Shown: positions 54,480 to 64,000 of the stretch, in pieces
Numbering within the stretch: position 1 is the first letter of the stretch
Layout of the letters: each line of letters begins with the position of its first letter
Assembly: GCF_003704095.1 (NCBI RefSeq)
Contig: NW_020847516.1
Coordinates: 248,001 to 312,000, forward strand
Origin: Pocillopora damicornis
Lineage: Eukaryota
DNA: 64,000 nt
Direction of reading: 5' to 3'
The notes under the pieces: generated by a model
Seen by the model: the letters and a program-made list of their open reading frames with translations, nothing else
Told to the model about the DNA's origin: nothing
Database searches by the model: none
Position numbers and translations under genes: made by a program

Positions 54480-54513
54480 GCTGACGTTTCGAGCGTTAGG
54501 TCTTCGTCAGAGC
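54480..54513 (-). ncRNA. Minimal hammerhead ribozyme-like motif in a short repeat
   Basis: Minus strand reads gcu-CUGACGA-a-gaccuaacgcuc-GAAA-cGUC-agc; stem II imperfect. Confidence 0.65.
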
Positions 54514-56697
54514 TCTCCCTCTTTGTTGAATCGTGCTCGTTTAATAATATGATTAGTGCGGCTCACAAAGTGTGTTTCGAAGCATGATTTGGAGCAACTA
54601 CAGAATACCCTGCCACTTTGGTCCACCTCATTTACATGTGTCGGGAGGCTTTGAAGATCGAGGCATAACACAATAAACGTTATTCTTATTCAGTGACATG
54701 TAAGTGGTGACCTTTCTGAGAGATGAAAGCTTTTCAGAACTTCGTTCGTATTTCCAACCATAGCGTAGATTAATGTATTTATAAGGACCTTCTCAACTTT
54801 TTCACCGAGGCCTGTTACGATGCAATGGCATTCGCACCATTCGATCCAGTTCTTCCACTACTGGGTTTTTTTGGGAACCAATTTCTCCGGTTGAAGAATT
54901 TGTGCGGATGTCTAGACTTGTAGTCGTTGGGAACAGATCGCATTCTTGACACCATGCAAGGTTCTGCTGGGAATGAATCGGGCTTTCAAGATTACGTGTC
55001 GATCATCACACAAAGATCATGGTCTAACATCACACATGAACTTAGTAACACCCTTTTTAACCGTAGAGTCTTTGCAGCTCAGTGATACAGCTTCAGAGCG
55101 CGGAATCCGGCGAAGGTCTGCGGTTCGTTTCCTCCTGTCCTCTGCAGGAGGATAAAACTACACGATCACAAATTTCTCTTGCTGACCTAGCTACCGTCAC
55201 ATCACATCCGACAAACCCCACCTTCCTTGTGATAGAGAACACAGGTGCCTATGGCATAAAGCTCTTGACTTTACTCAAGGCTAGTCTTGTAGGGCCATAG
55301 GTAATCAGTGTAGGGTGGATATAGCGGTAACCGGTTACGTCGCCCAGAAGACATCTCGCCCGAAGTCATGTCGCCCGAAACCTGAGTTGTGTTCAAATAA
55401 AAAGTCAAGTCGCCGAAGAAACTAACACTTAAAAAGATCAGACTTAGACTGTAAATAGGCAATAAATATCATAAATCCTTATGACTGAAGCGCTGTTTGT
55501 GTCCGACAACACCACGAAGATTATGAAATATTCGAAATATGTTCAAGTGACGACTTTAAAAGTATGGTATGTTCTCGTTTCGTACTCATGGAAGTTTCGT
55601 AAACTTGAGGAAGTTAATCACTCAAGCGATATTGGTTTTTAACAAAACCATGAAGATTTCGATTATACAGAAATCGATTATACGGTCAGAATTGAAATAT
55701 ATTCGAGTAATGACCCTAAAAGCGCTTTTGGGTGCCGGTTTCGTTTCTTTGAGCCTAGAGCAAGGCGAATACTGGTAGAAGGGTGAACTCTTCGGTTTGA
55801 ATGACGAACATCCAACCAAACTCTTGTACTTATTTCCATTGTCAATTTGAAACCTAAAACTTACCTATGTGAATGCTTTGGATATACTCAATAAACGCTC
55901 GTTGTCGCACTCATTTACTTTATTCACCTATGTTCCATGTGAAGCCAAAGGCCCCTGGAAGTTAACTTACAAAACGCTATCTGATGCGATGTACAATATA
56001 AAATGAATTTACACACCAACATTTGCGGCTCTAGTTCTCAGGAGAATATCCAAAAACGTGCATTCACCATCTCAACTGATCGTTTACTAATCAAGTTTCA
56101 TATACTGTAATACGATGAAGATTATGACGTCACGGTAACACCATACATGCTACGATTCACCTAAATAAAGCGGAATACTCATATTTCTTAGTGAAAGTGA
56201 GTGAGGTTAAATCTATTTACCTAGTTTAACTCTGACAATAAATTTTTTGCTCCTTTACATAACTCAGTTATACTAAGATCGAAGGCGTATACAGTATACG
56301 TCATTACGTAATACCCGCTATCTACAGCCGTGAGAGTATTATACATTATGGCAAGTTTTCCTAGGAGGGGAGAAAGTGCAATGCAGTCAACGAGTGGAGA
56401 CAATCTGCGACATGACTTACATGCCTAAACTTGAGAGCAATAGCGACAACATTACTAAGCTTTGTCCGTGCAGAACTGCATTGCTGAGCCCTGTAATGAC
56501 AGTTAAGGCGTCAGGAATTCAACGGAATGTTTCATTATGAAAAAAAGCTGAACCCACAAATAACCACAGTACACCTATCAGTAAAACTAGTTTTCGTAAC
56601 AATACAGACAGGAGCCCACTACAAACGGCAGGTGATCGTTCATGATGGTTTGTTTCTAGAATGGAGATGTTAAAATGTCAGTGTCCTCTGCAACTTC

Positions 56698-59600
56698 TTA
56701 GTACTGTCTACATCTCTGCACACGCTGAGTGAGTTGCTCAAGAAATCTCTCCAGGACTTCAAACCCTGGCTCTTCGAAGCCCTGATATCTCGCCACTCTT
56801 CTCTCGTCCTGGTCATGAGGCCCCCGTCCACCCTCCCCTCGCTCCATACGCAGCCGATCGAGTTGCTGAAGTCGGTCACGTGCTCCCTTTATATCTGTCT
56901 GCAGCTGAAGATCTTCTGCTATTCTCAAAGCCTCAGACACTGAACTGATGGCTGTGGAGAAGCACGCAACAGTAATGTTTGAACTCATCATTAAATAACA
57001 CTTAACCATTCAAAAGTAAATGTTGGGTAAATGAGAAAAAAAAAATTGAAAAATAAAAAATAACGCAAATAACCATTAATTTTACCAACCTTCTTCATAT
57101 TGTCCTTTCCTGGTCAGTAAGTCACCATAGGCATTACAAAACAATGCTTTGTCCCTCATGGAGCAATTTACAAGAAACTCTCTGTTGAATTGTTGAACAA
57201 ACTCCTTCACTTTGTCTAACACTTTGTTGGACACAGCTATCTGCAAGTTTGTGGCTTGGTCTCGAGTGGAGTGAAGATAGAATAGAATCATTCTAATCAG
57301 AGCCCTTCTGGGACTATTAGCATTCCTTCTTTGAGTTTTGTTGAGCTGGTGTCTGTAGTGTAGCATTGCATCCTTCAAGGCTTTCTTGAGTTTCTTTTTT
57401 TCTTGCTCAGTGATTCCTTCAACAGTGCCCTTCTCAGACAACAAAGCAGCAAGACAGGTTCTGTTAATTGCAGTCTCTTCACCAGGGACAACAGACTCTA
57501 AGAGCTGAAAAGAAGGAGAGAAAAGAAAAGTCCTCTAAGCCTCATCCAACATGTCATGGATAATCTTCTTTCTCTCTTCAGATGGTAACAACAAGGCTCT
57601 GAAAGAGTGCCTATCAAACTCATACAGCACAGTGGCTTCAGAATGAAAGACATCTTCACAGAACACTTTTGTCAACTATGCCTTTTTCATGTGAATGTGT
57701 GAGACAAAACATCTTTTTTCATATTTCTTTTAACAGAAGCATCACAAAAAGGGCCATGAACTAAGACAGGGATATTGTCAGGTAAGTTTCCAGTGATGCC
57801 TACATGCAAAATAAGATGTGTAGAGACACAGAAACATTTAAGAGGTGAAGGTAATAAAATGCCTATAAAAACAGACGAATTTTATAGCAGCTTATGCGGA
57901 ATAAAAAATTTTTATTAAGGTGATAACTGACCTATTTTAGACATTTTATACACACCTACAGAAATAAGTAGAAATAAGCTTGTACAGATGTAGATACAGA
58001 TAATTAAGGAATCTGGAAAAAGCTAAACTCTGTTACATATACAGATTAATGGGACAAATAATGAAAGAGATGAAAAAATAAATGGTTCTAGATAGAAATA
58101 ACTAACCTCAGTAGAAGAATCCAAAAGTTCCTCCGCCTTAGTAAAGTTCCTTTCCATCTTGTAAGCACTTGAGATAGTGCACTTTGCCATTCCAGCAATA
58201 GAATTGTAATTTGGTGAGTGGTAGGTGTTAGCACGAAGGCAGATGCTCTCACCCAACTGCTTGCATCTTTCATAATCTCCCATCTGGTACAGCATGAGAC
58301 TTTCCTAAAATGAATGAATAAAATTATAAATAAGGAATTCAAGCTCATATTTCCAGAAATACTTTTCTGATCATGCCACCAATTATAATAGTAGTTTATC
58401 ATGATGAACATGCACCTCTTGAACATTATTTAATATGTGGCACATAGTAACCAGTGCAGATTAAACATTAAGAAAGCTTTCAAGCACAATCAAAATTAGA
58501 GTCTGTGCTACATGAATACATTTGGGATTTTATTCCATTTGTAAAAATATAATTATGTGGTACATGTATATTGCTCAGTTGGTACATGCACTGGTCAATT
58601 TAGCAGGGCGTATTACACTGTAACACCACCTAAATTCAAAAGTTTGTTTTAATTCAACTCTTCCGTCTCTGTTTGGACACAGATGTACAAGAAATAAGTA
58701 AGACACTTTGTTTTCTCGGTCTGTACTATAAGTTATGGACCTTTGTTTTCGGCTCAGAATCTTGCTCCGCTCCTAACAGCACAAACCTTGAACTTGGTTA
58801 GTAAGAGGTATTTACACCAGCACTGCAATGTGCCAAACAAAGGCCAAGTGAAGCCTCGATACTTCTACATACATTCCATAATATTGAAACCATATAACTA
58901 ACAGTATACTGTAATAATGTAACATTGACTACACTGTACCTCCAGCTTTACAGCAAGATGCAGATCCTGTAGTAAAGCCTCTGAATGACTGAGCTCCTCT
59001 ATGGTCTGGAAGAGACGGAGTTGATCTCGTCTGAAGCATCTCCCTGCACCTGACACAAAATGATAGCAGTTTGTTTCATGACATGTTTGGTTCACCACAA
59101 TTCAAAGTAAAGCACTGTGATTCCAATATTTCCACTGATACTTAGTAACTTGTGTACAGGAACAAATTCAATTAAATTGTGAGCTACTTACAATGTATTA
59201 GCCAAAAGATGTATGCAATAATAATAGAAATTTTTTAAATGTAAAGCTTAGCAGTAACAGGGAGGGAGGTTCTTGGGTCAATTTTTGCTTTGTATGTGTT
59301 GCTGGCCTCTCAGAACCCCTAAAAAACCCTCAGTTGTCACAATCAGTTAACAAGAATGCAAGGAGTTTTATAATGGTCATAAATTTTACAGCATCCAATG
59401 TTGGTAATAATAATAATAATAATCAATAATTATTATGGTTAATTAATAAATACATATAATGTACAGTTATAGTTTTCCTTATCCTTAAATTTACCATTTT
59501 CCACTAATTCCTGAAAATATGACACAATCTTCTGAGCTTCTGGAGTTCCCAAAATACCTGATGTATGTAAAAATATATACAATCTACACTGAGTATTGCA

Positions 59601-62600
59601 GTATACATGTACAAGACTGCACACAGTGACTATACATTAGCTAGGTTCAGTTGTCAAATCAAGCAAAATTGATATCCATTGAGGTGCACTAGTCAAAGTT
59701 ATTTCAAGCTTTCTTACAATCATAAAGAATTCTGTATTCTTACATGCATTGGATTACCTATGAACTTTATTCAAAAATTTGATAATAGTCATACATGTAC
59801 AAGTATGTTTTGTAAAGTCATGTAAGTTTTAAGCTGGCTCATAATCAACCAATATTAAATCTTCAATAATTTGACGTGTTAACTCCAACAATGATCAACT
59901 TATAGCCTTCACAATAATTATCCTTACCTGAAGACAGGCAATCAGAATTAATCAAGGAAGGAATGAAGAAGCTCATTTAATAGCCAAGAGTAGCCAAGTG
60001 TTCTACATGTAAATGAGACCTATTGGTACTGAAGACTGATATGTCATAGATTCAGTAAACTTCAAGCAAGACCAGTTTTATGAAACCATGTTATCCATTG
60101 ACATTCCATCAAGTAACCTCCCTGGACATGTGCTTTGTCTGAATATTATCATACACTAGCACCCTTAAGTGAACAACAAGCCAAGCAAGCATACACAGAT
60201 TATGTATGCTTGTAAACCAAGTTTATTTTGGCACACACAGGACAACAGGAACTTACCAACAAGTTCCTTTTTAGGGCATGGTAATTCCACTGATGACAAG
60301 GAATGGCCATCACAAAAGTCAAACAAACTCGTCTGTTGATAATGGGTCAATACTTGGAGTTGTATGTCATCTAGCAATTCCCCAGTTACTGCTCCGAATT
60401 CAAGTGAAATGAGGTACTCAGTAGGAATGCTAGCTGGAAGGAGAAATACAAAATTCCTAGCAAAGGAACCCAGCTCAACTCCACTGCAGTTAATGGCCAA
60501 TGTTTCTGCGAGATACATGGAACCAGCTGGTTTCACTTCTGCTTTAATCACACTTCGTCCTCCATTCTGCAATCAGAACACAGATTAAATGAAGTTTAAG
60601 AGCTGAAGATTATATTCAAAGAGCCACTGATGACCTCATTGATGCAAATTCTGTTTGGAAATGAATAAGGATTTTGCCAAAACAATTGGAGTCCAGGAAA
60701 ACATACTGGGCTAGCAATTAGTGTGTTGATTAATCAGCCAGTGGTGATGAGAGTAATATACAATAAATATATTTTCATATAGAGGCTGCTCATATCAATA
60801 CCTCAATGTGACTGTGACTGTTGCATGCATAATAACCCTTCTACTCTCATGAGTGACCAAGACAGAATTTTTCCTACCAATATTAGGCAGACAAGTGATG
60901 GGAATAAAGGAATATTGATTAGGAGTTTATCAGTTGGTCCAGTACCACATTCTCCAAACTAACATCGTGGAAATTATACAACAGACAGTTAAGAGAATTA
61001 ATAAAGAGATATTGGCACTTAAAAAGTTACATAATATAAAAACTGTTTCCCGTGTCATCAACTAATGAGGTATATCAATGCTATCAAGAAAGGGTTAAGG
61101 ATGTACACTGTAGCTGACCATTACAAGAACCAAGTAATCTTTAAGAGAAATGTCTGCAGAAAGAGAGACCTATAAATTGTAACATGGAATTAGAAATTAT
61201 ATCAAATCTCCCACCTTGTCTAAAAGACTGGATGGAAACACAACTTATCACAGGGAGAGGAAAGCAAGTTATAGACCTATAGGTAAAATTAATCTAGCTT
61301 GACAAGTTTTTTTGTAGGCCTTCTTTTACTAACTCTGTCATATTGATTATAATAGATGGTGTGAGTACTTACAACTTTGCATTGTTGATTTCCAGCAGTC
61401 ACCAGTCAGCAATCAAACAGCTCTTGCTTGTCATTCCTTAATGCCACCACTAATTGGATTTTGACAAATGGACCAGGAAAAAACTGTAATCCATTAGAGG
61501 ATGCAGAACACAGAGAGCCTTCAAGCAAAAGGCATCCAAGATTTGGGATATGATGCCGACATGCCTCCAAAATTTCCAATTTGCCTCTAACTATCTGTGA
61601 GGCCCAATCTTTGGGGCCAAAAGTAACAAGAGGTCGAGACCCTGGGAGAATACAACAACAAAGAAATTGATTTCAAAATATTCACTATTATGACACAGAT
61701 GTTAAACAGATCTCACCTAAAATCTTAATCTCATATGAAAAGATTGCTATTTGAAAGAACATTATTTGGATGCTTAAAAACTTAACTCTTCATTTAAATG
61801 TATACTGTACATGCATGAAGTCATTGGCTTACAACAACCACACATCATTCAAGACAAATTCAACAGTCACATCCAAATTGCTTTGCCAGTTCCTTAGTTT
61901 ACAGATGCACTATACATTAGCCAGCTGACTGTCAGTGTTTACCAATTGCTATTATGGGGAGACATTTCATTGTATATACTAGGTAAACTTCATTAAATTT
62001 TTCAGTTGACACATAGTATGTTTTCTGACCGATTTATAAGTCTTTGAGGAGTTAAATCTGTTTTCAGCTGTGATTTTTAATTTGTCATCACTGCAGTTAT
62101 GATACCTGACCAATCTGTGTTTTACATGTCACTATTTCATTGATGAAAGCAATTCGTTCTGGTTTGAAAATTATTTAAAACAAAATCAACCTTCACAAAC
62201 ACAAATGTATTTTTCTCTCAGCGAGCATTTACATTTCACGTGGAATTTTTTATATTTATTTTTATGAATTTCTAGCATTACTAACATTGTCGGTTTTAGT
62301 TTTGAACAATCGAAATATAATTATATAATTGTATGTATACATGCCAAAATTGTACACTCAAACTCGATTTAACTCGATCTGTAACTGCAAATCAAAGTCA
62401 CACCCCCATTTCTTGAGAAGTTTTTCAAAACTCAACAATTTTCGTTATTTTATTTTTTTATCAGTTTTATCCATGATAACTCGAATCAGGCCAATTGCCG
62501 ATTGGTGGCAAATCAAAACAAACCACTATTTTGTCCAAAATACGAATTTTAGCATTGAGGAAGTCAGAGATTCTGTCTTCTTTGGTTACTTAATTACGCA

Positions 62601-63039
62601 AAACGACTGTCAGTCCAATTCTGGTTTCGTTTTGTATTTTCAAAAATGTTCGCTGCTTATTAAACCCTTTCTACAAAAACGTTCTTTTTGATGGCTTGAC
62701 GTCTCAACGCTGCAAACTTCTTGAAAATAATTAATTTTCCATGAAGGTTAGAACCATCAAGACTCGAACGGAGTTCGTCGAAGCTACGTTAAGTGGTGAA
62801 CATGTCTGATGCATACGCAATAATTTACAGAACGACGTTGCATGCACGAAAACGAAAATAAAATAAGCACATTACTCTTGTTACTGTGACTCGAATTTTG
62901 AGGGCGAAAACGAAGATAAATATTGAGATGTTCCGAAAGAAATGTAAAAGACTCAGCTCTTCTCCTTTGGGTAAGCAGCTGAATTGCGAAATCAATGACT
63001 TCCCGCTCTCCTACCTCTGAAACTTTGTTCCCGCGACAT
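56698..63039 (-). CDS. Uncharacterised TPR-like protein, paralogue C (in-frame TGA in exon 2; possible pseudogene or null allele)
   Basis: Exons 63039-63015 (25 nt), 61641-61373, 60566-~60257, 59557-59495 (63 nt), 59049-58940 (110 nt), 58304-58107 (198 nt), 57504-57090, 56951-56698. TGA at 61408-61406. An alternative in-frame upstream ATG lies at 63105. Confidence 0.85.
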
Positions 63040-63392
63040 TACGAGATGTGTGCCGCCATTGATAGTGGCTTCTCTTAAGCTACTGTCAAGTTTATTTTGT
63101 TCCATTGACTGGCTATCACGTGATCGTCTGGAGAAATGACGCGGTCGAAAGTTCACGATTCTGTCAATTAACTTCCAAATATCTTCCGCAAATGAGCAAG
63201 TTCCCCGCCATCTTTGCCATTTCAGATTGTCGACGAAATCCAAAAGCTCCTTGACTCATAATCACTCTTATTTCTGGTTCATAGTTAAAGCGTGAGGAAA
63301 GTATTTCAATGAGTTATAATCTATTGAATGAGATATATCTATGACTTGGAGCGCTCAACTAACTCATAGGATGGCGACAAAACCCTAACCAC

Positions 63393-63567
63393 CGTCCGCC
63401 ATCACTGAAAATAGTTTCACCCCGAGATCCTGGGTTAGAGTAAAATAACCAATCAGCTGGTAATACAGCTTAGCGATTTTGACCAATAAGTGTACAGCAA
63501 AGTGATAGTAAGAGACCAATCAGAAGTAAGAATCGAAACGCAAGTAATCTTTGAATTTAAACTTGAA
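63393..63567 (+). promoter_or_regulatory. Bidirectional promoter with three phased CCAAT boxes and a CHR element
   Basis: CCAAT at 63449, 63483 and 63516 (34- and 33-bp spacing); TTTGAA at 63550-63555; located between head-to-head ATGs 63039(-) and 63577(+). Confidence 0.7.
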
Positions 63568-63576
63568 ACAAACAAA

Positions 63577-63961
63577 ATGGCGACCCATAGTGAGTCTGAC
63601 TCTGTCCCACATTTCTCAGACATGGATTCCCCTGGAAGCTCTGTTTCCTCTTCTTTGCAAAGAGAATACGAAGAGCTTCTTAAGTACGCTGTTGTTACAC
63701 CGAAAATTCAAGTTGTTCCAAGTGTGTACGAGCCATGTATTCCTTCGAAAGATGATAGTAGCGCTGCCTTCATTGAAACAAACGACAGCAGCTCTACGAC
63801 TTCGAAAACTACGTCGGTGTCGACTCAAAGTTCCCAACCAACAACAGAGGAATCGCATTTAGTCGATAAAGAAGAAGTGAAGAAACTTTCGGGAACCCCC
63901 TCTCTCAAAGTGTCGTTTCAAGGACAGGGATCAATAGCTCGAGATTCTCTGCTTCGATCAG
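63577..63961 (+). CDS. POC5: Centriolar protein POC5, first coding exon (gene continues beyond the window)
   Basis: DSPGSSVSSSLQREYEELLKYAVVTP matches my recollection of the conserved POC5 N-terminus ([23 protein letters not shown]); good Kozak context aaaATGG; GT donor at 63962. Confidence 0.85.
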
Positions 63962-64000
63962 GTAATTTCTAGACATCTATATTCAGTTACAAACGTTAAC

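Larger units (their letters stand above)
52208..55036 (-). mobile_element. Decayed Gypsy-like LTR retrotransposon with 82-bp LTRs
   Basis: TG...CA LTRs at 55036-54955 and 52289-52208; 5-bp TSD TGAAC (52203-52207, 55037-55041); PBS-like TGGTGTCA after the 5' LTR; polypurine tract agaaaagggga; gag remnant INTLIYAM; integrase remnant GIPEVVISDNGPQF...SNGEVERAVQT. Confidence 0.9.

Noticed and set aside
61406-61408. Selenocysteine codon (Cys-Sec pair)
   Set aside because: The aligned residue in paralogue B is His, not Cys, and no SECIS was recognised; a nonsense mutation is more parsimonious.

Overview
Eukaryotic, AT-rich, intron-rich and repeat-rich scaffold with seven N-gaps. The repeat content suggests a stony coral or other cnidarian (inference). 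Gene order: (1) a 7-exon, soluble, bacterial-type class I HMG-CoA reductase-like gene with a candidate mitochondrial presequence (+, 1665-6591); (2) a convergent ~21-exon type II membrane M1 aminopeptidase (-, 7552-21680); (3) three dispersed paralogues of an uncharacterised TPR-like gene with matching exon sizes (+ ~25.4-27.5 kb; - ~35.9-44.8 kb; - 56.7-63.0 kb, the last with an in-frame TGA); (4) between the two minus-strand paralogues, a 2-exon ROC-COR (Roco) GTPase whose G-domain is split by a ~250-aa multi-pass hydrophobic insert (-, 48485-51808); (5) the first coding exon of POC5 (+, from 63577) behind a triple-CCAAT/CHR bidirectional promoter. Mobile DNA includes a Penelope element with a hammerhead ribozyme, a nested Gypsy-like element with 82-bp LTRs, CR1/L2 LINE fragments, a pogo fragment, tRNA-derived SINEs and MITEs. 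The best novelty candidates are the membrane-embedded split ROC-COR protein and the intronised bacterial-type HMGR. All gene models were spliced by hand and no database searches were run.
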